Shown: positions 1 through 8,832 of the stretch, piece by piece
Position numbering within the stretch: position 1 is the first letter of the stretch
Layout: every line of letters begins with the position of its first letter
Virus record (IMG/VR): IMGVR_UViG_3300009551_000004
Direction: 5' to 3' (one strand)
Length of the DNA stretch: 64,000 bases
Origin: a virus
Program-made: the position numbers and the translations under genes
The notes under the pieces: model-generated
Databases searched by the model: none
The model's input: the letters and a program-made list of their open reading frames with translations, nothing else
What the model was told of the DNA's origin: nothing

Positions 1-89
1 AGCCCGCAGAGCAACACATCCACAAGGCGGTGGCCAAAGTGATGCAGAGTTCGAGCAGGTATGGCGCTCAGCGCGTAATCGCACGGTAG
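1..89 (+). CDS. 3' end of an upstream gene (partial)
   Basis: Frame-3 ORF open from the window edge (..AVAKVMQSSSRYGAQRVIAR) and ending at TAG 87-89. Confidence 0.3.
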   Translation, partial: PAEQHIHKAVAKVMQSSSRYGAQRVIAR

Positions 90-109
90 GTCAGGGGCGC
101 GCACTGCCC

Positions 110-1642
110 GTGAATCCGAGCGAGGCATTTGCGTTCCCTTTCGGGGATACGGGCGTCGCTGATCCTTTCGCCGCGCCCAGCATCGTCGACATGCCGACTG
201 CGCCCATCCCGCCAGCCGCGCCGGCACCTGCGGCTATGGAGAGCGTGAGCGCTCCCGAGACGGAACGAGCCATTTCCGCGGCCGTAAAAGTCGCCGAGCC
301 TCCGGTGGTGGAAACGACCGAGGCGGGCATCGACATCCTGGCAACGCTTCCCGTGGAATTCTACGAGCGACGCGTGTGGCTCAAAGAATTGCGACGCATC
401 GCGCATGAGCGCATGGCAGCAGCGGATGCTGTGCTGGGAAGCTATCTGGCCATCGTCGCCAGCCAGATTCCGCCCGGCCTGCGCCTGGACACTTCTATCG
501 GCTCGCCGTTGACCGCGTCGCTGTACGTCATCATGGTGGGCCCGTCCGGGCGCGGCAAGACCAAGGGCACTTCGGTCGCCAAGAAACTGTATCGCGAACA
601 GATCGTGTCGGAAGTCCTCGCTACTGGCGAAGGGCTTGTCGAGGCATTCTGGGGTAAAACCAAAATCCAAGATCCCACGACATTGAAATTCACTACTGAA
701 CGCGCGCAAATCCACACGAACAAGCTTTTCGTTCTCGACGAAGGTCAAGGCTTGTTGCAGATGGAGAAGCGCGTCGGCAATATGACCGGCGTGATTCTCC
801 GGAGCGCGTGGTCCGGTAGCGACGCTGGTCAGTCCAACGCGACCGAGGAACGCAAGCGCAAGCTCGAAGCCGGCTCTTACAATCTCGGCCTCGTCATGGG
901 TATGCAGAACGAAGTGGCCGGCGAGTTGCTCGCCGATCCTTCACTGGGCACGCCGCAGCGATTCCTCTGGTTCTCCGTCATCGACCCCACGATGAAGCTC
1001 ACCGACGTCGATCGCCCTTTCGATGACGTGCTTACGCACCCTATTCACCCGAGTCACATCCGGCTCGCGCCGCCGTCATTTATCGGCGGATCGACGACAC
1101 TCGATCTCACACCCATGCCGATGACCCTCGACGCCAGTATTCGTTTGCGGCTCCGCGAGGAAGACTTCCTCAAGAGCACGGGTCAAATCGCTGTCGATGA
1201 ACAGGATTCACAGAAGCCAGCCTCCCTGGGCAAACTGGCCATGATCTTCGCCTACCTGGACGGTCACGACCACGTCAGCGAAGACGATTGGGACATGGCC
1301 ACGACGATTTACGACACGTCGGCGCTCGTGCGTGAACAGCTACTGGAGATAGAGCACCGCCGGCAACGTGACGGCAAGCTCGCCATCGCCCAGGACAAGG
1401 CCCGCGAGAAGCAGGCCATCGGCCGCTACGGTCATGAGCAGGTCGAAACAATGCAGAAGATCTACGACTGGATCGCCCACGGCAAGACCACCCGACGCGC
1501 TATCACCCAAAACGCCAAGGGCGCACGACGAGAAGTGCTCGCCGACGTGCTCGATCAGATGGTCAAGAACGGATACCTGAAAGAGATTGACGCGGGCAAT
1601 CGGCAGATTCGTTACGAGCGCGTCGAAGGCAAGGCCCCCTGA
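110..1642 (+). CDS. P-loop NTPase, DUF3987-like / primase-associated helicase-like
   Basis: 510-aa ORF with GTG start; Walker A GPSGRGKTKG and Walker B-like LFVLDEGQ; a hairpin terminator follows. Confidence 0.7.
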   Translation: MNPSEAFAFPFGDTGVADPFAAPSIVDMPTAPIPPAAPAPAAMESVSAPETERAISAAVKVAEPPVVETTEAGIDILATLPVEFYERRVWLKELRRIAHERMAAADAVLGSYLAIVASQIPPGLRLDTSIGSPLTASLYVIMVGPSGRGKTKGTSVAKKLYREQIVSEVLATGEGLVEAFWGKTKIQDPTTLKFTTERAQIHTNKLFVLDEGQGLLQMEKRVGNMTGVILRSAWSGSDAGQSNATEERKRKLEAGSYNLGLVMGMQNEVAGELLADPSLGTPQRFLWFSVIDPTMKLTDVDRPFDDVLTHPIHPSHIRLAPPSFIGGSTTLDLTPMPMTLDASIRLRLREEDFLKSTGQIAVDEQDSQKPASLGKLAMIFAYLDGHDHVSEDDWDMATTIYDTSALVREQLLEIEHRRQRDGKLAIAQDKAREKQAIGRYGHEQVETMQKIYDWIAHGKTTRRAITQNAKGARREVLADVLDQMVKNGYLKEIDAGNRQIRYERVEGKAP

Positions 1643-1644
1643 GT

Positions 1645-1700
1645 CGACCAACGGGCAGCCCTGCTAGACTGGCCGCTGCCCGTTGGTCGGGTTCTTTCGG
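1645..1700 (+). terminator. Intrinsic terminator
   Basis: 15-bp stem CGACCAACGGGCAGC / GCTGCCCGTTGGTCG followed by GGTTCTTTCGG. Confidence 0.7.
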
Positions 1701-1749
1701 GGTTATTGTCAGATCGTTGTGGGGACTGTCTGACAATCGGGGAAGACGC

Positions 1750-1787
1750 GAATGGCCCCGGTACGCAATTGCGTACCGGGGCCATTC
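1750..1787. terminator. Bidirectional terminator palindrome
   Basis: 38-nt perfect palindrome GAATGGCCCCGGTACGCAATTGCGTACCGGGGCCATTC between convergent genes. Confidence 0.65.
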
Positions 1788-1796
1788 GTTCGTACA

Positions 1797-2357
1797 CTAC
1801 TCGGCGTGGTCGGCGGCCTCCAGCTCCGGCACCACGTTCGCCTCCGACAGGAAGGCATTCGCAAAGGCGGTGGCCTGACCCTTCTTGAACTCGTTCGCCA
1901 CAACATCGTATCGCCCGTGGAAACGCTCCCGAATCGACGCGGTCCCCGTGGAGTATTCGGCGTTCACCGCTTCGAGGGCTTCTCCGTACGCCTTGCGGGC
2001 GACCACGTTGTATCCGGCGAGCTCCTCCGCCGCTTCCAACGCGCGACGCGCCTCCGTGGCGACCTTCTGGTACGCGTCTTCGTACGGCTTCATCGCTTCG
2101 CTGTATTCCGCGTCGATGGGCTTCTCGGCCTCGCGCTGCGCGGCGAAAACCGTGTCCATGTCAGCGTCGTACACGTCGTACGCCTTGAAGGTGAGCAGCT
2201 CCTCTGCCGCCCAGCTCCAGTCGAAGTCGCCCGCGTGCTTGACGCACAGCTCGACCGTCACCTCGGTGCCGTCCGGGAACAGCTTGGCGAAGAAGTCGCG
2301 CTCCTCCTGGCAGGCTCCGAGCCTGCGCAGCAACTCGACGGTGATCTTCTTGCTCAT
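1797..2357 (-). CDS. Hypothetical protein
   Basis: 186-aa ORF, last gene of the leftward operon, with a GGAAAC-type purine leader upstream. Confidence 0.75.
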   Translation of the reverse strand: MSKKITVELLRRLGACQEERDFFAKLFPDGTEVTVELCVKHAGDFDWSWAAEELLTFKAYDVYDADMDTVFAAQREAEKPIDAEYSEAMKPYEDAYQKVATEARRALEAAEELAGYNVVARKAYGEALEAVNAEYSTGTASIRERFHGRYDVVANEFKKGQATAFANAFLSEANVVPELEAADHAE

Positions 2358-2408
2358 GTGGTTTCCTTTTCTTTTCCGTGTGTCATAGACGTTACACCTT
2401 GCCGTCGG

Positions 2409-2807
2409 TCACGGCAAGACAGGAGTGACTGCGGGCGGCGAATTCTTTCCGTGGACACCCAACGCCCACGCGCGACGACGCGCCTCCGCCAATGCCCTGC
2501 CCCACGTTTCGTTCATGTCCTGAACGCGTTGCGCGGCACGAAGAATGGATGCCACGCCATACGACAGATCCACTACATCGCTCAGGCTGCCGGATTCCCA
2601 GAGGCTGTAGACATTACTTCCGCAGCCTTCCAGACGACTCAACGGAACGCCGACTTCGGCGAAAACGCATCCGACAATGCACCACGGAACGAGCTCGTTA
2701 TCTTCCCAGGTAACATACACGCAACCGCGCTTCGTGTCGCGACCATGTTTCGCGACCACGTGTTCCAGCAATTCGAGAGCACGTTCAGCGGTGATCTGTT
2801 CCGTCAT
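2409..2807 (-). CDS. Paralog family A protein (Cys-containing, about 115-130 aa), copy 1
   Basis: MTEQITAERALELLEHVV..C.Y......CIVGCVF...W..AL shared with the next four genes. Confidence 0.8.
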   Translation of the reverse strand: MTEQITAERALELLEHVVAKHGRDTKRGCVYVTWEDNELVPWCIVGCVFAEVGVPLSRLEGCGSNVYSLWESGSLSDVVDLSYGVASILRAAQRVQDMNETWGRALAEARRRAWALGVHGKNSPPAVTPVLP

Positions 2808-2931
2808 GACATCATCCCGCTATTCCAGCAGCCATGCTGATCAGCACAGCATCCTTCGCCGCTGCGCTGGATTGCTCGATGGCCGCATACGGCATTGGGA
2901 TTCTCATTCCTTGTTGCCGACCCTTGCTCCG

Positions 2932-3288
2932 TCATTCTTCGTCGCCCCATTCCTCAGCCGTGTCGAGCGCGGCCCCCAGGGCGACCCCCCACGTGCTGGG
3001 AGTGTCCTGCGCGCTCTGAGCATCGTGGAGAACTTCCGTAGCAGCCTCCGTGAGCTCGATACCGTCAAGCGGCCAGCTCAGCGCAAGCTCATTAACACAC
3101 GTGCCCTCGTTGGCGCTCAGCGTCGACAGCGACACGCCCCACGCAAAAAAGAAGCAGCCGGCGATGCAATTCGGCACATTCAACGAATGGTTAACGTACC
3201 GATTGCTGCGCACGGTATCCGCGCCGTGCTGATCGACGAGTGTCCGCAGGGTATCGATCACCTGCATCTTGGTGATCGTCTTCGTCAT
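2932..3288 (-). CDS. Paralog family A protein, copy 2
   Basis: 118-aa ORF with the same NCIAGCFF / TWG.AL motifs. Confidence 0.8.
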   Translation of the reverse strand: MTKTITKMQVIDTLRTLVDQHGADTVRSNRYVNHSLNVPNCIAGCFFFAWGVSLSTLSANEGTCVNELALSWPLDGIELTEAATEVLHDAQSAQDTPSTWGVALGAALDTAEEWGDEE

Positions 3289-3638
3289 CGTGTCACCTGA
3301 TCATGCATCTTCCGCGCCGCTTCGAGAGCATCGCCCCACGTCTTGTTTTCATCCTGGGCATACTGCGCCACATCCAGGATCTCCGCAGCGTTTTGCGTAA
3401 GTGTAAACCCGCCAAGAACGCGAGTGCCCATGTAGAAAACCGACTTGCCTTCGAATTCGGCAAACGCATCCACCGGCATACCCGCCTCGGCCAGTACACA
3501 CGCGGCGATGCAGTGCGCCTTGCCGTCGACCACGTACCTGCATTCACGCTTGATGTCTTCACCCTCGCGTTCGACCACCAATTCCAAAAGCTCCATGACT
3601 TCCGGAACGGTGATGACATGCACCTCATCGTCACTCAT
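3285..3638 (-). CDS. Paralog family A protein, copy 3
   Basis: Internal ATG (MSDDEVHVITVPEVMELLELVV) preceded by GGAGG; ATGA overlap with the upstream stop. Confidence 0.8.
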   Translation of the reverse strand: MSDDEVHVITVPEVMELLELVVEREGEDIKRECRYVVDGKAHCIAACVLAEAGMPVDAFAEFEGKSVFYMGTRVLGGFTLTQNAAEILDVAQYAQDENKTWGDALEAARKMHDQVTR

Positions 3639-3982
3639 TCGCCTGCCTCCAATGACGCCGCTCGTGCCCGTGCGCGCTCCAGTGCTTCGCCCCACGTGAG
3701 CTCGTTGTCCTGGGCAATCTGCGCACAACGCAGCACGCGACCGGCGTACATGCTCAAATTGACTGCAAGGCCAGCCTTGTCGGTCCACGCGTACACGGAA
3801 CGATGCTCCATGGCCACGAGCTCAGGCAGCGGAACGCCCAGCTCGAACAGGACGGTTCCGCCGATGCACTGCGGTGCGTCATCAACCACGTAACGGCATT
3901 CGCGCTTGGTGTCCGCGCCTTCGCGCGCGACCACGAGCTCCAGAACTTCCAGCACGCGCTCGACGCTGATTTGGTCATTCAT
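3635..3982 (-). CDS. Paralog family A protein, copy 4
   Basis: MNDQISVERVLEVLELVVAREG..; ATGA overlaps at both ends. Confidence 0.8.
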   Translation of the reverse strand: MNDQISVERVLEVLELVVAREGADTKRECRYVVDDAPQCIGGTVLFELGVPLPELVAMEHRSVYAWTDKAGLAVNLSMYAGRVLRCAQIAQDNELTWGEALERARARAASLEAGE

Positions 3983-4314
3983 TCGATCTCCCCCATCGCC
4001 TTCGCCTTGGCCATCTCCAGCGCCTCGCCCCATACGCAGCCGGCGTCTTGGGCGACCTGAGCGGTGCGCAATACGCGGCCGGCACCGTCGCTCAAGCTCA
4101 CGCCGCCGACGGACGTGAATGAACTCACGGAAGTCCCCTCCAATTTTACGAGGTGACTGAGCGGCACGCCCAGCTCGAACAGCACCGTGCCGCCGATGCA
4201 ATGCGCCTGGCCGTGGACCACGTACTTGCATTCACGCTTGGTGTCTTCACCTTCGCGTGCGACCACGAGCTCCAGAACTTCCAGCACGCGCTCGACGGTA
4301 ATCTGGTCACTCAT
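3979..4314 (-). CDS. Paralog family A protein, copy 5
   Basis: MSDQITVERVLEVLELVVAREGED..; start chosen by alignment to copies 3 and 4. Confidence 0.75.
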   Translation of the reverse strand: MSDQITVERVLEVLELVVAREGEDTKRECKYVVHGQAHCIGGTVLFELGVPLSHLVKLEGTSVSSFTSVGGVSLSDGAGRVLRTAQVAQDAGCVWGEALEMAKAKAMGEIE

Positions 4315-4320
4315 TCCGCG

Positions 4321-4425
4321 TCCGCCTTTGTCATAGCCGCCTTCAGTGTCTCGCTCCAGGTGACGCCACCGTCCTGGATCATCTGCGCGGCACAGCACGT
4401 CCGTCTTGGTGATGATCTTCGTCAT
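4321..4425 (-). pseudogene. Decayed sixth family A copy (N-terminal stub joined to a frame-shifted C-terminal stub)
   Basis: MTKIITK start is almost identical at nucleotide level to the start of copy 2; a +1 frame reads AQMIQDGGVTWSETLKAAMTKADAE*, like the family C-termini. Confidence 0.45.
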
Positions 4426-4682
4426 CTCTTCCACACCGCTTCCGAAACCCAGAGAAACGCCTCGACAGTGCCGTCCCGCTTGGCGGGATCCACCCGGTAG
4501 CCACGATAGCGGAAACTGCACAGCTTGTCACCGAGGAAAATCGGCCGCCAATCCACAGCGGCGATGTTCTTCAATTCCGTGGCGGATTCGACCGTAATTG
4601 TGCCCAGCTCCACACCCGCTTCATTGCACACATGCACGATAATGTCGGGATTCGGCAGCTTGTACGCCTTACGCGGGGCCAT
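4422..4682 (-). CDS. Hypothetical protein
   Basis: 86-aa ORF with ATG preceded by GGAAGGA. Confidence 0.7.
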   Translation of the reverse strand: MAPRKAYKLPNPDIIVHVCNEAGVELGTITVESATELKNIAAVDWRPIFLGDKLCSFRYRGYRVDPAKRDGTVEAFLWVSEAVWKR

Positions 4683-4836
4683 TGATCACCCATCCTTCCG
4701 CATCCACCACGTCAGGCGATTCGTCGTCTTGCGTCGGGATGATTGGCGGACGGCGCAGCGGGGTGGCCGCACCGGTCGTCACCTGCTCCACTTGCTCGTG
4801 CAGCCACCCCAACATGACGTGCGACAGCGCACTCAT
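4669..4836 (-). CDS. Small hypothetical protein (55 aa)
   Basis: ATG overlaps the upstream TAA (TAATG) and the ORF fills an otherwise empty gap; below the track cutoff. Confidence 0.45.
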   Translation of the reverse strand: MSALSHVMLGWLHEQVEQVTTGAATPLRRPPIIPTQDDESPDVVDAEGWVINGPA

Positions 4837-5471
4837 TAGCCGAACAGCTTCTTCGCCTCGGCCACCTTCGCCTCGGCCTGCTCGGCGCGGGCCTCAGCCG
4901 CCTCGGCGCGGGCCTTCGCCTCGGCGAACTCTCGCTCCAGCTGCGAAACGCTGCCGGCCTGGGCAAGCACAACCCGAAGCGCGTCCATGGCGTCGGACAG
5001 GCCCGTGGCGTTGCCATTCGTGGCCGGCACGACGTCCTGGACAACCGATCGCGGCTTCTCCTGAGCGGGCCCTGACGTCCTGGACGGCTCGGCCTTGACC
5101 GGCTTCGTCGCCGATTCGACCGTCACCTTCCTGACGGCACGCACGGCGCGCCTGGCGTTGGCCGCCTCCTTCTCGGCGTTCCTGGCGCGACGCTCCTCCG
5201 GCGTGATGTGGGCATTGCGGTGCGGGAAGACGCTGCGAGGACTCTCGGCGGCGAACTGGCAATCCGCGCAGCCGTAAGCGAGGGTGTCGTCCGCCAGCAG
5301 CAACGTGCGCACCGACTTCCAGTTGACCGTCATGGGCCTGTAGCCCCGACTGGTCCCCGACACCTGCGTGTCATCCGTGGCCTCCACCGAGACGTGCTTG
5401 CCGTTGTCGAGCTCGACGTATCCGTGCTCGCCCCACGCCTCGCCTGCGAACGGCTGCTTGATCCACCACAT
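4836..5471 (-). CDS. Hypothetical protein with Ala/Glu coiled-coil C-terminus
   Basis: Start at MWWIKQP after GGAAGGAAC; a promoter lies upstream. Confidence 0.75.
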   Translation of the reverse strand: MWWIKQPFAGEAWGEHGYVELDNGKHVSVEATDDTQVSGTSRGYRPMTVNWKSVRTLLLADDTLAYGCADCQFAAESPRSVFPHRNAHITPEERRARNAEKEAANARRAVRAVRKVTVESATKPVKAEPSRTSGPAQEKPRSVVQDVVPATNGNATGLSDAMDALRVVLAQAGSVSQLEREFAEAKARAEAAEARAEQAEAKVAEAKKLFG

Positions 5472-5508
5472 GGTTTGTTCCTTCCGGGTCGGTTCCGTGT
5501 CATCGCTG

Positions 5509-5537
5509 ACACTAGCGAACCATTGATGGTTTGTAAA
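5509..5537 (-). promoter_or_regulatory. SigA-like promoter (TTTACA-17-TAGTGT)
   Basis: Member of the GTGTTTACA-N17/18-TAnnnT family, just downstream of the 5543-5575 hairpin. Confidence 0.6.
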
Positions 5538-5542
5538 CACCA

Positions 5543-5575
5543 GGCCCGTACCTGCCGTTTCCGCAGGTACGGGCC
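5543..5575 (-). terminator. Hairpin terminator
   Basis: 13-bp stem GGCCCGTACCTGC / GCAGGTACGGGCC after the stop of 5582..5776. Confidence 0.6.
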
Positions 5576-5581
5576 ATGGTC

Positions 5582-5776
5582 TTACCTTGACTTGAGTCGA
5601 CGTCGCAACGCTGGCCCGACCGTGTCAAGGTGGTGGTTGATCTCGCCCAGCATGCGCGTCTCCAGCGCGTTCCGCCCTTCGGGAAGTTCATCCCCCAGGG
5701 CGCTCTGGATTGCCTGCGCCTCTTTACGGAAAGCCGCAAGACGTTCGATGAGTTTACCTATGGCATTGACGTCCAT
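5582..5776 (-). CDS. Small hypothetical protein
   Basis: 64-aa ORF in the track, helical-looking. Confidence 0.6.
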   Translation of the reverse strand: MDVNAIGKLIERLAAFRKEAQAIQSALGDELPEGRNALETRMLGEINHHLDTVGPALRRRLKSR

Positions 5777-5780
5777 GGCG

Positions 5781-5906
5781 CTACTGAGTCACCCCCGTCG
5801 ATACCGGAACTGCCGGCGCGGCGTTCGTGTGTGAATGCTTCGTCACCATGATCAGCACCAACACGAACACCAACGCGGCAACAAAAGTCTTCGCTCCTCT
5901 GGTCAT
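5781..5906 (-). CDS. Small membrane protein (41 aa)
   Basis: MTRGAKTFVAALVFVLVLIMV.. has one hydrophobic helix; CGGAAACGGAA leader upstream. Confidence 0.45.
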   Translation of the reverse strand: MTRGAKTFVAALVFVLVLIMVTKHSHTNAAPAVPVSTGVTQ

Positions 5907-5946
5907 TCTTTATCCGACTTCCGTTTCCGTTTCTTGACGATGTATA

Positions 5947-6150
5947 CTACTGCTTCTTTGCCGCGTCGATCTGTGCACTCACCATGCGCATCGTGTTGTC
6001 CAGCTGAAGACAGGCGAGCCTGACTTCATGTACCACACGATGCTGCTCACCGAGGCCGTTGATCGCTTCGACCTGCTGGCTTTCCAGCTGCCCGAAAACA
6101 GACTCCAACTGCTTCAGGACAGCCGTCATGACGCGAATTTCCTCAGTCAT
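5947..6150 (-). CDS. Small hypothetical protein
   Basis: 67-aa ORF in the track. Confidence 0.6.
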   Translation of the reverse strand: MTEEIRVMTAVLKQLESVFGQLESQQVEAINGLGEQHRVVHEVRLACLQLDNTMRMVSAQIDAAKKQ

Positions 6151-6316
6151 ACTGTTCCGCCCATTCCTTTACGGTGACCTTGTGACCACTGGAATCGAAA
6201 TTCGGGTACACGGGCTTGTCGTTGACGTAGTGTATCCAGCCGAACGTCCCGGACCAGTACGCCGGATTGTCGCACGTGTCGCAAAAAGGATCTTTGCGTT
6301 CGATGTCATCCCACAC
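6143..6316 (-). CDS. Small hypothetical protein (57 aa)
   Basis: GTG start inside the last codons of the HAD gene; the C-terminal part reads like real protein (DPFCDTCDNPAYWSG..). Confidence 0.5.
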   Translation of the reverse strand: MWDDIERKDPFCDTCDNPAYWSGTFGWIHYVNDKPVYPNFDSSGHKVTVKEWAEQYD

Positions 6317-6827
6317 TGTACGTTCCGATCTCCCGGTCCCACCACTTCTCGACGTATTCGAGATGGGCCTCCAAAAGGCCCACGTTCTCGTCGGTTCGCA
6401 AAAGCAACGTCCCCGGCCGAATCGACGACCACCGGTGATCCGCTGGCGTGAACTGATCGTCGATCCACACCAGCGGCCGAGCTCCCACCGCTGCCAGCAC
6501 CTCACGCTGCTTCCAGTGCGGCCCCGGCTTGACCCGGAACGGCGGCGTCACCTCGATCACCGGGAGGGCCGGCAAGCCGATCCTCGGCGCGATCTCAGTG
6601 TTGGCGTGCTCGTTCCACGTCGTGGCCCACATCAGATCGGCGCTCAGCGCCTCGGCCAGCTGAACGAGCCTCGCGCCGTGGTCCGGATGCAACCACAAAT
6701 CGAAGTGACTTCCATCAACTGGCACGGCGCGATGCTTGACGAAACCGCGCCGATCGAGCTTGGCTGGATTGCCCAATGGATTAAGCACGCCATCGACATC
6801 CAACGCGACGACGAGACGATCGGTCAT
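6306..6827 (-). CDS. HAD-superfamily phosphatase-like protein
   Basis: VALDVDGVLNP (DxDG motif I) near the N-terminus; WIDD near the C-terminus; ATGA coupling. Confidence 0.65.
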   Translation of the reverse strand: MTDRLVVALDVDGVLNPLGNPAKLDRRGFVKHRAVPVDGSHFDLWLHPDHGARLVQLAEALSADLMWATTWNEHANTEIAPRIGLPALPVIEVTPPFRVKPGPHWKQREVLAAVGARPLVWIDDQFTPADHRWSSIRPGTLLLRTDENVGLLEAHLEYVEKWWDREIGTYSVG

Positions 6828-7021
6828 TTCCTCACCGTCCTTACAGTAATCGCGCAACCGCCATCTCGGAAGCCCATTTCTTTCGTGATCTCGCGCACGG
6901 CGGTCGACAAATGCCTGCCGCAGGTGTAGCGGCCGTCGGTACCGTCCACGTAGAACGTGACAAAAAACGAGGCACCATCGGAACAGGTGAATCCGCTACG
7001 CCCGCGACAAGCTTCTGTCAT
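6824..7021 (-). CDS. Small Cys-containing protein
   Basis: Internal ATG with ATGA overlap to the upstream stop. Confidence 0.55.
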   Translation of the reverse strand: MTEACRGRSGFTCSDGASFFVTFYVDGTDGRYTCGRHLSTAVREITKEMGFRDGGCAITVRTVRK

Positions 7022-7440
7022 GACGTCTCGCCGTCCAGGGCGCGTCGCAGGAACCAGTTGTAGCGTTCGTCGTCGTCGGAATACAGGACATTGGCAATCC
7101 ATGTCGCAAACTCACCAATGGCCATCTCGTGTTGCACGCCGCGTTTGATCGCTTCAGTGAAAATCGCCGTAGCGATGGTCACCGCTTCGGCGCTCAACAG
7201 GCCCTGGGGGTCAACGTCGCCCCGGGCAACCGCGTGCGCCGCCTCGATGCGCAACTCACACCACTCACACGTGACCTTCGAATTCCCGACGTCTCGCCAG
7301 TCGTCCGACACGGGAACAAGCTTGCCGGTGAGATCGCACAGTGCGCGACGAAACGGACTCGCCGGCTTGCCATCGACGACGTGATCCTTGTTCACGTCGC
7401 AATGTGTGATCCCGGTTTTTGGATTGAGCAGGTTTCCCAC
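7018..7440 (-). CDS. Hypothetical protein; N-terminal domain paralogous to 7443..7646
   Basis: GTG start; GNLLNPKTGITHCDVN matches ANLINVHTGVIHADIN of the neighbour. Confidence 0.6.
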   Translation of the reverse strand: MGNLLNPKTGITHCDVNKDHVVDGKPASPFRRALCDLTGKLVPVSDDWRDVGNSKVTCEWCELRIEAAHAVARGDVDPQGLLSAEAVTIATAIFTEAIKRGVQHEMAIGEFATWIANVLYSDDDERYNWFLRRALDGETS

Positions 7441-7442
7441 GG

Positions 7443-7646
7443 TCAGGCCGCCGTCGCCACGTGCTGAATGTTTTCGATCAGCATCGCGCAGTCGGCGCAG
7501 GTGATCGGAGCGGCACCGCACTCAACGAAGTCGTCCCAGCTCACCACCGTGGCGGGGTCGCAGAACAGGGCCGACACCGGCGTATTCGCCAGCACGTTGA
7601 TGTCGGCATGGATCACGCCGGTGTGCACGTTGATCAGATTTGCCAT
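7443..7646 (-). CDS. Small protein, paralog of the 7018..7440 N-terminal domain
   Basis: 67-aa ORF in the track with GGAAAGGGAAAG upstream. Confidence 0.65.
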   Translation of the reverse strand: MANLINVHTGVIHADINVLANTPVSALFCDPATVVSWDDFVECGAAPITCADCAMLIENIQHVATAA

Positions 7647-7676
7647 GATCTTTCCCTTTCCGGTTCGTTACGGCAG

Positions 7677-7706
7677 ACCGTATCACGACCTGTTTCGTCG
7701 GCGCAA
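7677..7706 (-). promoter_or_regulatory. Putative promoter (TTGCGC-18-TACGGT)
   Basis: Weaker member of the promoter family, embedded in the 7683..7850 ORF. Confidence 0.35.
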
Positions 7707-7850
7707 CGGCGACACCACATTCGCCAGCAGGCCCGCGCCAACGGCGGTGACCAGCCAGAGCACGTCGCCCGTTCCGATCAGCAGCACGACGCTCAACAAG
7801 CAGGCAATCGCCAGCACGACGCCCGCGACCTTGCGCAATTCAGCAATCAT
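7683..7850 (-). CDS. Small membrane protein (55 aa, two hydrophobic helices)
   Basis: MIAELRKVAGVVLAIACLLSVVLLIG..; ATGA overlap with the upstream stop. Confidence 0.5.
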   Translation of the reverse strand: MIAELRKVAGVVLAIACLLSVVLLIGTGDVLWLVTAVGAGLLANVVSPLRRRNRS

Positions 7851-8104
7851 CGACGGATCATATCAGCGCATGCCGCGATAGCGTGCAGGAGTGCCTTTTC
7901 GTGGTCCATCTGAAGCTTCCGGCTCGGCTCCCAGACCTCGCTATACGCATCCAAGGCCTTCTGTCGCAGGTCATTACGGTCGAGACCGCTCGTGAGACCC
8001 AAAGCCTCCAGCTCACGACGCACATCGTCAGAGCTGAGACGGTCATTCTCATGGTCGATTTTCGTCTTGGCCCTTTTGACTTCAGGCCAGGGTCGCGTCG
8101 CCAT
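7847..8104 (-). CDS. Hypothetical protein
   Basis: 85-aa ORF in the track. Confidence 0.65.
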   Translation of the reverse strand: MATRPWPEVKRAKTKIDHENDRLSSDDVRRELEALGLTSGLDRNDLRQKALDAYSEVWEPSRKLQMDHEKALLHAIAACADMIRR

Positions 8105-8328
8105 TACCGCCCCTGCCTCTCCATCGACGGGATGATCTGCTCACGCAGCAGCCGCGTCACACCGCCCAGAGCCGCGATGGCGACGAAGCTCTTAATTCCC
8201 GGCTTGATGCGCATCTGCGCTTCGAGCCAGCCGGTCAGCGTGACGAAGCGCCTCAATGCTTCGACGTCGCCCGGCTGAAAGATGTTCCGCACAGCCTCAT
8301 CAACTTCACTTTGCTGATTCCGGTTCAT
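8104..8328 (-). CDS. Hypothetical protein
   Basis: Start MNRNQQSEV; TAATG overlaps at both ends. Confidence 0.6.
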   Translation of the reverse strand: MNRNQQSEVDEAVRNIFQPGDVEALRRFVTLTGWLEAQMRIKPGIKSFVAIAALGGVTRLLREQIIPSMERQGR

Positions 8329-8609
8329 TACTTCCACTCCCCTTCGACGAATCGCTTGCCGTCGGTCCACATGTCCAATGTCATCAAGGCGTTGGTGTAG
8401 GTCACGCGCCCCTCCGAATCGACCGGCGCATTCCACACCCGATACCCCTTGGCATCGAGAATGTCATAATGCTGATCGGCCACGAGAAACGGTGAATGGG
8501 TAGAGCGCAAACGGCCGACGAACTTCCCGTCACGAAGAACCCGCCACCAGTACACGCCGCCGCTGGACTCGTCATTGACACAGGCCCAGTCGTGATCCTC
8601 GAAGGCCAT
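8328..8609 (-). CDS. Hypothetical protein
   Basis: 93-aa ORF in the track. Confidence 0.65.
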   Translation of the reverse strand: MAFEDHDWACVNDESSGGVYWWRVLRDGKFVGRLRSTHSPFLVADQHYDILDAKGYRVWNAPVDSEGRVTYTNALMTLDMWTDGKRFVEGEWK

Positions 8610-8821
8610 CAGGAGTTCCGCTTCTCGCGCCAGTACGTCCGCGTCGCCGCCTCGGCGTCACCACGCGTCTTGTACGCGTTGTCGCGGCGATTCCAGCCGG
8701 GACCACCAGACATCCCGTGGAAGTCCTCCGCCATGGCGTGCCAGCCGTTGTGCACGGGGTACACCACGCCGCACTTCTCCCCGTTGTCGAGAACGGGATA
8801 ACTCTCTGCTTCCTCTGCCAT
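8609..8821 (-). CDS. Hypothetical protein
   Basis: Start MAEEAESYP after AAAGGAACGGAA; an alternative ATG lies at 8836. Confidence 0.6.
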   Translation of the reverse strand: MAEEAESYPVLDNGEKCGVVYPVHNGWHAMAEDFHGMSGGPGWNRRDNAYKTRGDAEAATRTYWREKRNS

Positions 8822-8832
8822 TTCCGTTCCTT

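Noticed and set aside
68-748. 226-aa minus ORF at the window start
   Set aside because: It is antisense to the Walker-motif NTPase gene 110..1642 and has an Arg/His-rich shadow composition.
3979-4425. Longer version of family A copy 5 starting at ATG 4425 (ATGA-coupled to 4422..4682)
   Set aside because: The extra 37 residues have no counterpart in the other four copies. The segment is better explained as two out-of-frame stubs of a deleted sixth copy. The longer start cannot be fully excluded.
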